Part shown: piece after piece, positions 25,026-35,814 of the stretch | Layout: each line of letters starts with the position of its first letter | Position numbering within the stretch: the first letter of the stretch is position 1 | IMG/VR virus record: IMGVR_UViG_2974625098_000001 | Span: 1 to 59,621 of that record | Source: a virus | Taxonomy: Duplodnaviria; Heunggongvirae; Uroviricota; Caudoviricetes | Strand: one strand, 5' to 3' | DNA: 59,621 nucleotides | Made by a program: the position numbers and the translations under genes | Notes under the pieces: generated by a model | The model's database searches: none | What the model saw: only the letters and a program-made list of their open reading frames with translations | What the model was told of the DNA's origin: nothing

Positions 25026-25084
25026 GCGATTACCCGTTTTCATGGTAAGATATAATCAACTGGAGAGATAGGAAAGGTTTAATA

Positions 25085-25435
25085 ATGGCAACAACGGTTT
25101 ACACCACCGAGGAGATTCAGCTACAGGATGACTCCAAGGTAACTCTGAGGCCACTCACGATTAAGGGTCTGCGTAAGTTCATGACCGTAATGGAGGGCTT
25201 CGCCAAGGCTGAGAACGACGAGGAAGGCTTCGAGGTTCTGCTTACTGCGGCGGCTCTTTGCGTTTCTAAGCAGCGTCCAGACTTCTATGACGCTGAGGCT
25301 GGTAAGGCCACTGAGGCTTTTGAGGACGCGGCGGATATGCCGACCATCTACAAGATTCTGGATGTGTGTGGAGGCGTTAAGCTGAACGACCCAAATCTTC
25401 TAGCGATGGCAGCGGAAGCACTTGGGAAGAACTAG
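25085..25435 (+). CDS. Tail assembly chaperone (G-type), 116 aa
   Basis: Between tail tube and tape measure; SD GGAAAGG. Confidence 0.85.
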   Translation: MATTVYTTEEIQLQDDSKVTLRPLTIKGLRKFMTVMEGFAKAENDEEGFEVLLTAAALCVSKQRPDFYDAEAGKATEAFEDAADMPTIYKILDVCGGVKLNDPNLLAMAAEALGKN

Positions 25436-25743
25436 ACCTCGCCAAACTAGAGGCTGAGGTCTTTCTTCTCGGTATGTGGAAGAATTTCGATGAGCTTGAA
25501 GAGAACCTAAGTATTCAGGAAGTCGAAGTTCTTCTCGATGCATCTAGAGCGCAAGAATATGAAAAGCAAAAGTTCGCTGCCGCGCTCAAGGGTATCGACC
25601 TGGACGAGCAGTCCGGAAAGCATGGAAACGACGACACACCAACATTCGAGGATGTCAAGCGTAGGGCCGAAGCAAAGGCTCGCGGGGTTTCAGAAGACCA
25701 GCTTGCATTCGCGGATATCGGAATCGCCGTGGTTGAAGAATAA
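25426..25743 (+). CDS. Tail assembly chaperone extension (T-type), probably reached by -1 frameshift
   Basis: -1 frame open across the G stop (WEELDLAKLEAEVFLLGMW...); ATG 25474 has no SD. Confidence 0.7.
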   Translation, partial: EELDLAKLEAEVFLLGMWKNFDELEENLSIQEVEVLLDASRAQEYEKQKFAAALKGIDLDEQSGKHGNDDTPTFEDVKRRAEAKARGVSEDQLAFADIGIAVVEE

Positions 25744-25761
25744 AAATAGGGACTGACTAAA

Positions 25762-28700
25762 ATAGACAACATTCAAATCCGGTTTAGTGCTTCGGCAAAC
25801 TTTGCACCAGTTTATGCCGAAGTAACTCGCCTGAACCAGCAGCTCGCGCTTATGCAGCGACAGTTGGCAGCAGGTCTAACGCCAAGCAAGCTGAACGATA
25901 CTCGTAAGGCTTTCCGCACGGCGGTACAAGGTCTTAACGATTATCACGTTGAGGCCGTTCGAAACGTGTCCGCAACTGCGGCAATGACCGAAGCGCTAAC
26001 CAAGAATGAAGTCTCTATTGTTCGTGCCTACAAGTCCCGCAAGATGTTTAACGACATCTTGCGGGAGCAGCTTGCCTTGCAGAAGGCCACCACCGTGCAG
26101 TGGTCCCAGAATGCTATGGGACAGACGCGCGCGGATATGATTGTTCCTCGTGGCGTTACCGGAAATGTGGACGCCCTCACGAGGTCTTTTGGAGCCAACC
26201 TAAAGGCTCTCAACCCGCTTAAGTTCCGCACCGCTGAGTTCGGTGAAGCGGCGCGAGTTATGTCTACTCGTATTGCCCTGAGCACGCAGGTTCTAGCCTC
26301 CTCCAGTCACATGATGATTAACTGGGGTAAGAATGTTCAGTGGGCCGGTCGTCAGCTTATGGTTGGTTTCACCGTGCCATTCATGGCCTTTGGTGTTGCA
26401 GCCGGTGCTGCCGCTTATCAGGTAGACCAGCAGCTTACCCGTATCGCTAAGGTTTATGACACCACTGCTACTTCTGCGGCAGGAAAGCAGGCCGAGCTAG
26501 ACCAGCTTCGTGCTTCTTCTATGGACATGGCTTCCCAGGCGGCTAAGCGCTACGGTGTCGCGATGAAGGAAACTCTTGGCGTTGAGGCCGAGCTTGCAGC
26601 GGCCGGTTCTAAGGGCAAGGACCTAACCTCTGGAACCGCAGAAATTATGCGTGCGGCAACTCTTGGTGAGCTTGATTACCAGCAGACTGTAAAGGCGTCT
26701 ATCGCCATGCAGTCCATCTACGGCTACAACACCAAGGAGCTGGGAGACGCCTTCAACTACATGAACGCCCTTGAGAACGCGACCAACCTATCCATGCAGG
26801 ATATGGTTGACACAATTCCGCGTGCCTCGGGTACCCTAAAGCAGATGGGCGTAAATCTCCAGGACACTGGTGTCCTGATGGCTGCCATGAAGTCGGCGGG
26901 TATTGAGGCCGCTCAGGGTGCTAACGCCCTTAAGTCTGGTATGAACCGAGTCCTTAACCCAGGAAAGCAGGTTGTCGAACAGCTTTCGGCAATTGGCATT
27001 AACATCAAGAAGATTGTCCAGGACAAGGAAGGTAACTTCTACAAGATTGTCGAGGAGCTGTCCAAGCAGATGGACGGCATGGACAAGGTAACCAAGGGTA
27101 AGGCAATTGGTGCTCTATTCGGCACTATGCAGATGAACCGTATTACGGCAATTATCGATGCCATGGGCAAGGTCAACGATGAGACCACCCAGGTTGGTCG
27201 TGCGTACAAGGTAGCCAACCAGAATGCCGACCAGTGGGGCGCAACAGCCGCAGGCGAGATGGCCCGTATTCAGGCTTCCGCTTCCGGTAAGTTCAAGCGT
27301 GCCCTTGAGACCATTAAGGCCAGCCTCGCAGAAGCGGGTAAGCCATTCCTTGAGATTGGTTCTACTGTTCTCGGCTGGATTAGCAAGGTCGTGTCGGCAT
27401 TCAACGGACTGAGCGGCGGTGCCAAGAGGACCATTGCTGCGATTATGCTTATCGGTGGTATTGCTGGTCCGCTCATTATGATTGGCGGTCTTATCGCCAA
27501 CATGATTGGTCACCTGATGAAGGTCGGTGTGGCCATGGGTAACATGGTATCCCGTACCCGCATTATGACGGCCGAGCAGCGTGCCCAGCAGATGATGTCT
27601 GAGCGCAGCGCGCTAGCGTGGACTAATCAGGCTAATGCAGCGCAGGCTCTTTCTGGACAGCTCCAGATTCTTACCCAGCGACTAACCGGTGTTGCCGCTG
27701 CCCAGCATAACCAGATGACTGGACAGTCACTTACTGCTGCCCAGTTTGCAACCATGCAGGGACAGCAGGCCGCAGCGGCGGCTGCGGCTGGTCAAATGGG
27801 TCTAGTTGCGGGGGCCAATGGACGTTACCGAAATGCTAATGGTTCAGCAATGTCGGTGGCTCAGGCTGCCCAGTTCGCACAGCTCCAGCAGCAGGCTGCG
27901 GCTGCATCGGGAACCACGGCAGCTAACGCTGCACGTACCGGACGTAGCTTTATGGGTATGCTCCCGGCTGTTGCTGGTGTTGGTCTTATGGCCAGCTCCA
28001 TGATGACTGCCTCTGGTCACGCTGGTGGAATGCTGAACACCATGACAAATATTGCCCTGACTGCGGCCATGGTTGGTCCTATTCTGGTCAGTGGATTTAA
28101 GAAGGCTGCTGCCGCTGGTGCCCTGGCAAATATTGCTACCGCATTCGGAACCGGTCGCCGTGCCGGAAGCATCGCTGGTCGTGGTGGAATTGGACAGCTT
28201 GCTTCTGGTCTTTCTGCGGCGGTTGGTCCTGCCCGAGTTCTTATGATGACCTTCCTGCGATTTGCGGGGGTTGTTGGAGTAATCGCCTCGGTCGGCTTCG
28301 TCATCTACAAGATGGTTAACACCATGAACCAGATGAAGAAGGCCCAGGAAGAAATCAACAGCTCTGCCGAAGGATGGGCAGAGGTAATGGGTTATGTCTA
28401 CTCCGAGGCCAAGGCAATTGAAAAGGTTAACGGAAAGACCGTCAACAACTACGACGTAATGGCAGATGCCATCCGCAAGTCAAAGCCAGGTCTGGCAGAT
28501 ATGCTCCACGCCCTTGAGGGTGCCGAGAACAAGCAGAAGCTTATCAACGCTGCCATCCACGAGGGAATCAAGGCCCGTCAGACTGGTGCATCGGCTGCTG
28601 CTGCGAAGAATGTCGTTGCCGCCTCTCTTCGTCTCGGTGGAATGAAGACCAATGAAATCGAAGACTACCTAAAGTCCAAGGAATTCAAGGCTCGCATTAA

Positions 28701-31700
28701 CTTCGATGTTGATAAGAGCGTTCTTGAGAACCAGGCCCAGCAGTACGCCAGGGACTTTGCGAAGATTGCTAACAACACGGCTGGAGGGCAGTCTAAGTGG
28801 GAGGGCTTCACTCGCATGTTCTCGGGTCGTGACGAGATTAATAACTCTGCCGCATCAGCAGCTCGCGGAATGGCCAAGGAGTTCTGGAATTCTTTTGAGG
28901 GCACCACCGACCAGGCGAAGAAGTTGAAGATTTTCAACGGCCTTGCCGATGCTCTTTCCAAGCAGCAGAAGAGTATGTGGAGCCGTCTTGGCAAGGAAAA
29001 CATTGCTGAGCTTAAGGAGCTTGGAATCACCACTGCTGCCCAGCTCCAGGAAGCGTACATTGACGCCCAGAAGCTAAGCGAAATTGACTTCAATGACAAG
29101 TACGGCGGCGGTGCAAAGGCCAACAAGATTAAGATGGAAATGCACAGTGGCCTCGGTGGCGACACTTCCCGCATGGTCGGAAAGCAGGCCGGTGCTGAGC
29201 GTGAGCTTGCCCAGGCTATTGCTAAGCAGAATGGTGCTCGCGGCAAGGAGCTGGAGAACGTCTACACCCTTGCCGACGTTATGCCTAAGCTTAACATGGC
29301 AACAATGTCTATGAAGCAGGCGCAGGAGAACTACGGTCGCGCCATGATGCAGGCTTCTTACCACATGGCTGGCATGTCCAAGCAGGAGAAGGAAGCCTAC
29401 TCCCTAAAGATTCTCAACCAGTACCGCGCCATGGCTGGTCTAAGCAAGGCTACCTCAACAGAGCAGGGATTCGGTGACGCCGTTCACGACTCGACTGGTA
29501 AGCTAAAGGCTAACTCTGACGCGCTTGCCGAGAACGCTATGTCTGCGGACGACTTCAACAATGCTCGCAAGGAGGCATTCTCTAATGCGCAGAGTTCAGC
29601 ATTCGGCGCTGCGGATGAGATTTGGAACAAGCAGGCTGACGCCCAGGTAAAGGCAATTGAGGACCGAGGCGACCGTCTATCTTCCGCTCTTGACAAGCGT
29701 CAGGAGAAGATGGACAAGTCCTTCGATAATCGTCAGGAAGCTGCCGAGAACCGCTTCGACAAGCGCGAGAAGAACCTGGACAAGAAGTGGGACGGCATCA
29801 TGGACCGCTTCGACGCTCGCTGGGACAAGCGCATCGAGAAGGAAAAGGAAGCCTACGACAAGAAGATTGAGAATATCCAGAAGGCCATCAAGGCTGAGGA
29901 AGATGCCGAGGCTACTCGCCAGAAGATTTTCGAGGCTGAGAAGACCCGTCTAGAGCGCATGGCCGATATCGCTAACAAGCGTATCGACTTCAACTTGGCT
30001 CTAAACACCGGTAACCTTGACGAGGCTGCAAAGGTATTCAATGACATTTCTTCAACCCAGGATTCCTGGACGCTAGACGACGCTTCCGCAGCTTCGGCCG
30101 ACGCTTCTCAGAAGAAGATTGACGGCATGAACGGCAAGATTAACAATCTTGAGGACGCCCGTGATAAGCGCATCGAAACTCTCCAGAAGGTTGAAGAGGC
30201 CGAGAAGAAGGCTCTTGAGGCTAAGAAGGAGCGTGAGCAGGAGGCTCTAGCGGCCGAGAAGGACCGCTACATGAAGTCTCTTGCCGCTGAGCGTGAGCGT
30301 TACCGTAAGGGTATTGAGGCTCAGAAGGAAGCTATTCGTAAGCAGACCCAGGCCGATGCCGACGCAAAGCGCGCGGATTTGGCTCGCCAGAAGAAGCTTC
30401 TTGATATGGAGCTTGCCGAGCTTCGTGCCTCTATGCCTAAGAGCAAGAAGGAATACGACGCCCAGGTCAAGAAGATTGAGAAGGCGTACAAGGCTCACGG
30501 CGTCCGTCTTGAGGATTACACCTCCGACTGGGCTGACTTTGTTGGTAAGTACCTGACCTCTAGCATCAAGACTTCTGCTAACCAGATTGAGTCTGACATT
30601 AAGTGGAAGACCATTGGTAGCCAGGTCACCCAGGATATGGTTGACGGTGGATTCAACCTGACCACCGCGCAGTTCATGAAGTGGGTAACCACCGGAGAGC
30701 TTCCAAAGAATTACAAGGCTCCAGGTAAGCCAAAGACCCGTCACACTGGTGGTCCGGTTTCTGGTAACTCCAAGTACGATAACCGTGGTGGACGTAACTG
30801 GGGAACCGGAATGCGCCGTGACGAGTCGATGATGCTTCTCAAGAATGACGAGTTCGTCGTTAATGGAAAGGCTCACAAGGCTCTCGGAACCGATGCTCTC
30901 GACTCGCTAAATAAGACTGGGGCTCTACCAAATGCCGGTCCAAACACTGGTGGTCGTGGTCTAGGATTCGCTGGTGCATTCGCGGCGGCTATTGCGGGTA
31001 TGGCCTCTAAGGCTCTACAGACTGCTGTAGAGACTAAGGGTGCCCAGGCTCAGGCTACCGACGTAATGGCAATTCCAGGCGCGGCGGGTATGTACGGAAA
31101 GATTATGCTTTCCGGAGAGCAGCTTGCAAACGCGGCTACGATTATGTCCGTTGGTAAGTCTATGGGTGGTACCCAGCGAGACCTTATCATCGGTCTTATG
31201 ACCGCTATGCAGGAATCGGGTCTTCGCAACCTAAACTATGGTGACCGTGACTCGCTTGGTCTATTCCAGCAGCGTCCATCTATGGGATGGGGTACTGCTG
31301 AGCAGATTAGGACACCTTCCTATGCGGCCAAGAAGTTCTTCGAGCAGGAGCTAAAGGTCAAGGGTCGCGAGAAGATGGCCCCAACCCTGGTTGCTCAGGC
31401 AGTTCAGCGTTCCGCCTTCCCATACGCTTACGCTAAGTGGGAGGACATGGCCCGTGCAATTGTTACCGGCACTGTATTCCAGGGCAACAGCGGATTCTCC
31501 AACACGAGCCTCAAGGGATGGCGTAAGCCTCTTAGCTCGTACCGTGTGTCCCAGGAATGGAATCCACACCACGGAGGTATCGACCTTGCGACCCCAACGG
31601 GAAGCCCGGTTTATGCTGCCAACGCGGGTACGGTTGTAACTTCGGCTGACCTTCACGGTTCGAACCCATACAACAGCTCACCTTACCGCTCTTACGGTCG

Positions 31701-32160
31701 ATACGTTGTTATTGACCACGGCGGAAAGTCCACGCTGTACGCCCACCTTAGCCAGCGTTATGCGCAGGCTGGACAGAAGGTTGGCGCGGGTGCTCGAATT
31801 GGTCTGTCGGGTAGCACCGGTAACTCCACTGGTCCTCACCTTCACTTTGAGACCCGAGGACCGGGCGGATTCCCAGGATTCAACCCTAAGAGCCTTATTC
31901 CAGGACTCAAGGTTGGTGGATTCACGCTAAACGACGGTCTAGCAATGCTTCACAAGAATGAGACGGTTCTAACCGCACCTCTGTCCGAGCAGCTTAAGTC
32001 TGGTATCCAGCGAATTGACCAGGGCTCCACGAATAGCTATAATGTAAATGTGACATTTACAGGACCAGTCAATTCAGAAATTGATGTCGAGAAGGCTGTT
32101 ACTCGCGCCATTCAGAAGCGTGAGAGCAAGCTCGGACGAAAGAGGAGCATCGGAAGTTGA
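25762..32160 (+). CDS. Tape measure protein with C-terminal lysozyme-like and M23 peptidase domains (probable ATA start; first ATG 25852)
   Basis: >2100 aa Ala-rich helical; MQESGLRNLNYGDRDSLGLFQQR; GIDLATPTG...LYAHL...GPHLHFE. Confidence 0.95.
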   Translation: MDNIQIRFSASANFAPVYAEVTRLNQQLALMQRQLAAGLTPSKLNDTRKAFRTAVQGLNDYHVEAVRNVSATAAMTEALTKNEVSIVRAYKSRKMFNDILREQLALQKATTVQWSQNAMGQTRADMIVPRGVTGNVDALTRSFGANLKALNPLKFRTAEFGEAARVMSTRIALSTQVLASSSHMMINWGKNVQWAGRQLMVGFTVPFMAFGVAAGAAAYQVDQQLTRIAKVYDTTATSAAGKQAELDQLRASSMDMASQAAKRYGVAMKETLGVEAELAAAGSKGKDLTSGTAEIMRAATLGELDYQQTVKASIAMQSIYGYNTKELGDAFNYMNALENATNLSMQDMVDTIPRASGTLKQMGVNLQDTGVLMAAMKSAGIEAAQGANALKSGMNRVLNPGKQVVEQLSAIGINIKKIVQDKEGNFYKIVEELSKQMDGMDKVTKGKAIGALFGTMQMNRITAIIDAMGKVNDETTQVGRAYKVANQNADQWGATAAGEMARIQASASGKFKRALETIKASLAEAGKPFLEIGSTVLGWISKVVSAFNGLSGGAKRTIAAIMLIGGIAGPLIMIGGLIANMIGHLMKVGVAMGNMVSRTRIMTAEQRAQQMMSERSALAWTNQANAAQALSGQLQILTQRLTGVAAAQHNQMTGQSLTAAQFATMQGQQAAAAAAAGQMGLVAGANGRYRNANGSAMSVAQAAQFAQLQQQAAAASGTTAANAARTGRSFMGMLPAVAGVGLMASSMMTASGHAGGMLNTMTNIALTAAMVGPILVSGFKKAAAAGALANIATAFGTGRRAGSIAGRGGIGQLASGLSAAVGPARVLMMTFLRFAGVVGVIASVGFVIYKMVNTMNQMKKAQEEINSSAEGWAEVMGYVYSEAKAIEKVNGKTVNNYDVMADAIRKSKPGLADMLHALEGAENKQKLINAAIHEGIKARQTGASAAAAKNVVAASLRLGGMKTNEIEDYLKSKEFKARINFDVDKSVLENQAQQYARDFAKIANNTAGGQSKWEGFTRMFSGRDEINNSAASAARGMAKEFWNSFEGTTDQAKKLKIFNGLADALSKQQKSMWSRLGKENIAELKELGITTAAQLQEAYIDAQKLSEIDFNDKYGGGAKANKIKMEMHSGLGGDTSRMVGKQAGAERELAQAIAKQNGARGKELENVYTLADVMPKLNMATMSMKQAQENYGRAMMQASYHMAGMSKQEKEAYSLKILNQYRAMAGLSKATSTEQGFGDAVHDSTGKLKANSDALAENAMSADDFNNARKEAFSNAQSSAFGAADEIWNKQADAQVKAIEDRGDRLSSALDKRQEKMDKSFDNRQEAAENRFDKREKNLDKKWDGIMDRFDARWDKRIEKEKEAYDKKIENIQKAIKAEEDAEATRQKIFEAEKTRLERMADIANKRIDFNLALNTGNLDEAAKVFNDISSTQDSWTLDDASAASADASQKKIDGMNGKINNLEDARDKRIETLQKVEEAEKKALEAKKEREQEALAAEKDRYMKSLAAERERYRKGIEAQKEAIRKQTQADADAKRADLARQKKLLDMELAELRASMPKSKKEYDAQVKKIEKAYKAHGVRLEDYTSDWADFVGKYLTSSIKTSANQIESDIKWKTIGSQVTQDMVDGGFNLTTAQFMKWVTTGELPKNYKAPGKPKTRHTGGPVSGNSKYDNRGGRNWGTGMRRDESMMLLKNDEFVVNGKAHKALGTDALDSLNKTGALPNAGPNTGGRGLGFAGAFAAAIAGMASKALQTAVETKGAQAQATDVMAIPGAAGMYGKIMLSGEQLANAATIMSVGKSMGGTQRDLIIGLMTAMQESGLRNLNYGDRDSLGLFQQRPSMGWGTAEQIRTPSYAAKKFFEQELKVKGREKMAPTLVAQAVQRSAFPYAYAKWEDMARAIVTGTVFQGNSGFSNTSLKGWRKPLSSYRVSQEWNPHHGGIDLATPTGSPVYAANAGTVVTSADLHGSNPYNSSPYRSYGRYVVIDHGGKSTLYAHLSQRYAQAGQKVGAGARIGLSGSTGNSTGPHLHFETRGPGGFPGFNPKSLIPGLKVGGFTLNDGLAMLHKNETVLTAPLSEQLKSGIQRIDQGSTNSYNVNVTFTGPVNSEIDVEKAVTRAIQKRESKLGRKRSIGS

Positions 32161-32558
32161 GCATGTCATTTCCCCGCCCACGGTTGATGCGTTGGAACGG
32201 TAACGCCATTACCGACCACAACCGTGGGCAGCTCAATGTGGACGTTGAGCGTATCGAAAAGAAGCAGCGCATGGCAAATGGAACCATGCGCAAGTATATC
32301 GTCGCTGACAAGCGAACCTTTGGCGTGCAGTGGACCATGCTTCCAAAGCTTACCTCTCAGACCGTGGATGGTTTCTGGGGTGGCGAGGCCATTGAGAACT
32401 TCTACAACACGGTCCCAGGTCCATTCTCTCTTGAGATTACCGATGGTGATGGCGAGGTCTACACCTACACTGTCATGTTCTCGGACTACTCGAAGAATGT
32501 CATGAAGCGCGGAGTCGTTGACTTCTGGGAGATTCAGATTTCCCTGGAAGAGGTCTGA
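32157..32558 (+). CDS. Minor tail protein (Dit-like), 133 aa
   Basis: Directly after tape measure; TTGA overlap. Confidence 0.75.
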   Translation: MSMSFPRPRLMRWNGNAITDHNRGQLNVDVERIEKKQRMANGTMRKYIVADKRTFGVQWTMLPKLTSQTVDGFWGGEAIENFYNTVPGPFSLEITDGDGEVYTYTVMFSDYSKNVMKRGVVDFWEIQISLEEV

Positions 32559-35500
32559 TGCTTACTTCTAGCACCCAGCTCCAGAACGCGCTCAAGCAGG
32601 CGTCAGTCCTGCGTTCCACGCCACGAGTAATTGCTGAGTGGAACCATAATAGGTACACGCCCATCCAGACCGTGGATAATTACGGATACGCTGAGGAGGA
32701 TAACGGGTACGACCTACAGGTGTATCCAATCGACTCCATCACCCAGCCGCTACGTCCAACGGCGGGTCTTCTCAAGGCCCGAGCCAATGAGGGTGGCGTA
32801 GTTCAGGGATATGGCGACACCGTTCGTGGATACCGAACCTACACAGCTTCCCCAGGTGCCAAGTACAAGTATTGGACTTCTCCAGCTCAGGCTACTGACA
32901 CAGCATACACGGGCGGCGGCTATGTGCTGCCTGAAACCGTTCAGCCTTACGTCCTTTATTCACAGCCTGCTCTTACAAACAAGCTGTACATCTGCCTTGA
33001 GAATTCTTGGGCCAATCCAAAGATTTGGGACATCCAGATTACCACGGACGGGTCTACCTGGACGACGGTTGCCTCTGACTTGGTGCCGAATGACAGTGGG
33101 CAGGTTATTCTGTACCGCCAGGAAAATGGTTCCTGGACCTCCACTGTAAACCGTGGCTCTGCCGTTTATATTCGTGGCATCCGCCTGGTTGTTAGGTCTA
33201 TGGCTCGCCTGCACTCATGGTTCAATCTAATTGAGCTTGGTGCCCGACTGGAGCAGGACCTTTCTGACCGTCTAATCGACTATAGCGTAAAGCACGAGAT
33301 GGGCGACTCCGACCTCGTGACTCCTATTGGCATTGCTTCTTCTAATACCGGAAGCATTACGCTATCGAATATCGACGGGATTTTCAATTACGATAATGCG
33401 GATTCTCCGTACCACGGCCTAATTGATGCCAATGTGAAGTTCACGCTGGATATCGGCATTGATATTTCCACCTGGGGTGGCTCGGGCTACGAGTATGTCC
33501 GTCAGGCGACCATGTACTCCGAGGCGTGGGGCGGTGGAGAAGAGACCGTCCAGATTAACCTCAAGGACTCGACCAAGTTCCTCCAGGAGATTACTCCGCT
33601 TCCAGAGCTGATGGAGAATGTCACCATCGGTATGGCTATTTGGCGCATCCTGGATTCGGTCGGCTTTATCGACTACAACTACTCCAAGGCAGCCGAGACC
33701 AACGCTACTCGAATTTCCTACTACTGGACCAATGACGAGCAGACCGTTTGGGACCAGATTCAGGAGCTTTGCCGAACCACACAGAGCGCTTGCTGGTTTG
33801 ACGAGTATGGCATTCTCCAGATTAAGACCAGGGACTCGGCCTTTAATAAGTCAGCGCCGGTTTCCTGGACCTTCGACTATGCCCAGAACGGTACCAAGCA
33901 GCCGGATATCATCGATGTCAATGTAGCCGATAACTTCGAGGCCAATAAGGTAAATGTCAAGTACACCACCACTAAGCTGGCTGAGGACGCACAGGGACGA
34001 CCAATCTCTGAAATCGTCTGGCAGCCCGAAGGTGATGTTGTGCTGCGTTCCTCTTCCTTGACCACCGATATGACCGCCACAGACACCCGATTCTGGATTG
34101 ACAAGAAGGATATTGCGGTTTGGCCATACGAGGGCATGGTGAATATCCGTGGTGAGCTTATCAAGTACAAGGGCAAGGGTTACCGCTACTACCCGAAGGG
34201 TGGTTCGTACACCGGAAACGTAGACAACGACACCATCTTCAAGGTCATTTACTCGCTAGACGAAAAGAACGAGATTGACCGTGAGCTTTCGAGCGAATGG
34301 CACGGCTGGAGGAACTACTTCACCGGCTACATGCGTGTAGAGGAGCGAGGCTACGACATCACCACGCCTAAGTCTCACACCGTTATTCCAACCATCTGGA
34401 AGGAAAATGGTGCCTACATCGGAAAGCACGGCGGTACCCAGAAGTTGTGGAACGGCGGAATTAAGTTCATGCCTGCCGACTCTGTCATGCGTTTGTCCAC
34501 AGCCGGTAAGAAGGGGCTGGACTCCACATGGTGGTACACAGCTCGTCGTGGTGGCGTTCCCAATGAGGCTCCTCGCTACGTCGGTACCCGTCTAAAGTTC
34601 CCATCCGGCCAGGGAAATAAGCACTACATTGCTGGAATTTGGATGTGGGGTGACACCGGCTCCAACGATATGTACGGCGTCGAGATTACCACCACCAAGG
34701 AAGCCAGCAAGGTCCGAAGCCGCAAGAACGAAATCAGCATCGTCAGGCGAAAGGGTAACGGAGAATTCAAGCGTCTCACCAAGGGAGCCGCCTTCGCGGT
34801 TAGCGAGAACCAGTGGTTCGACCTGGACGTGTCCATGGTAAATGGTGACTGGGCGGTATTCGTTAACGGAACTCTGGCCATCAAGTACAGCGACAATTCT
34901 ACGCTGCTGACTAAGACGGGTCGTTGTGGCCTCTACACCCGAGGATACACAACCGCTGATTTCGAATACTTCTACAGTTTGGCTGACGGAGGACTCCAGG
35001 ACTCAGACCTGGATAATTCGTCGTTCCTTGACATCATTCGCGGCGGGTATTTCTCAAGCCAGTATTGGAAGGACTGCGTATACAAGACTACGTGGAAGTT
35101 CAGCTATAAGCGTCGTGGAAAGAAGACCACCAAGCAGAAGGTCTGGTACGACCAGCGCTACTTCGATGAATTTGGAATGACCGTTCACGAGGTGCGTCCG
35201 TATGAGGTCACATTTGAAAAGTCGCCGGTTCTGTATTCCAGCCTCTACCTGAGCAATTCAGACCAGGTAGTGTGTGACGAATACTTTAACGACCCATTCA
35301 AGGCAAAGTTCGTATTGGCCAATGCTGACCTAGGAAATGCCATCGTTAATGGTGATGACAGCATGACCTACGGCAAGGATAACGTGGTTACCCAGAAGAT
35401 GGTAATTACCGGTCGAACGGTCCAGCGAGCTGAGCCAAAGGACTACACGGTCAAGAACGACCAGGCCATTCGTGCCCGTGGTGAGATTACCCTTGACTTC

Positions 35501-35758
35501 CAGTCCGACTGGATTCAGTCCGAAGCGGCTGCCAAGTCCCTGGGCGACTGGATTGTGGATAACTGGTCGGAGCCTTGCGACGAAGTTGAGGTTACGGCTC
35601 ACGGCAATCCGCTCCTCCAGGTCGGAGACATTGTGGCAGTCAATTACCCACCGAAGGATATGGCAGCTTCTACACACAAGTATTTCGTCTTGGCCGTAGA
35701 GCAGCAGTGGGATGACGGTCCAGCCACTCAGCTATCTCTACGAAGGGCTCGCATTTAA
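32558..35758 (+). CDS. Large minor tail/baseplate hub protein, 1066 aa
   Basis: WDQIQELCR...WFDEYGILQ; HGNPLLQVGDIVAV C-terminus. Confidence 0.85.
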   Translation: MLTSSTQLQNALKQASVLRSTPRVIAEWNHNRYTPIQTVDNYGYAEEDNGYDLQVYPIDSITQPLRPTAGLLKARANEGGVVQGYGDTVRGYRTYTASPGAKYKYWTSPAQATDTAYTGGGYVLPETVQPYVLYSQPALTNKLYICLENSWANPKIWDIQITTDGSTWTTVASDLVPNDSGQVILYRQENGSWTSTVNRGSAVYIRGIRLVVRSMARLHSWFNLIELGARLEQDLSDRLIDYSVKHEMGDSDLVTPIGIASSNTGSITLSNIDGIFNYDNADSPYHGLIDANVKFTLDIGIDISTWGGSGYEYVRQATMYSEAWGGGEETVQINLKDSTKFLQEITPLPELMENVTIGMAIWRILDSVGFIDYNYSKAAETNATRISYYWTNDEQTVWDQIQELCRTTQSACWFDEYGILQIKTRDSAFNKSAPVSWTFDYAQNGTKQPDIIDVNVADNFEANKVNVKYTTTKLAEDAQGRPISEIVWQPEGDVVLRSSSLTTDMTATDTRFWIDKKDIAVWPYEGMVNIRGELIKYKGKGYRYYPKGGSYTGNVDNDTIFKVIYSLDEKNEIDRELSSEWHGWRNYFTGYMRVEERGYDITTPKSHTVIPTIWKENGAYIGKHGGTQKLWNGGIKFMPADSVMRLSTAGKKGLDSTWWYTARRGGVPNEAPRYVGTRLKFPSGQGNKHYIAGIWMWGDTGSNDMYGVEITTTKEASKVRSRKNEISIVRRKGNGEFKRLTKGAAFAVSENQWFDLDVSMVNGDWAVFVNGTLAIKYSDNSTLLTKTGRCGLYTRGYTTADFEYFYSLADGGLQDSDLDNSSFLDIIRGGYFSSQYWKDCVYKTTWKFSYKRRGKKTTKQKVWYDQRYFDEFGMTVHEVRPYEVTFEKSPVLYSSLYLSNSDQVVCDEYFNDPFKAKFVLANADLGNAIVNGDDSMTYGKDNVVTQKMVITGRTVQRAEPKDYTVKNDQAIRARGEITLDFQSDWIQSEAAAKSLGDWIVDNWSEPCDEVEVTAHGNPLLQVGDIVAVNYPPKDMAASTHKYFVLAVEQQWDDGPATQLSLRRARI

Positions 35759-35778
35759 TTAGTCTTCTGGTCGGGTAT

Positions 35779-35807
35779 TTGACTTCCACTCGACCAGAAG
35801 ATATAAT
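35779..35807 (+). promoter_or_regulatory. Leaderless promoter
   Basis: TTGACT-17-TATAAT, ATG 7 nt later at 35815. Confidence 0.8.
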
Positions 35808-35814
35808 TAGGAAT

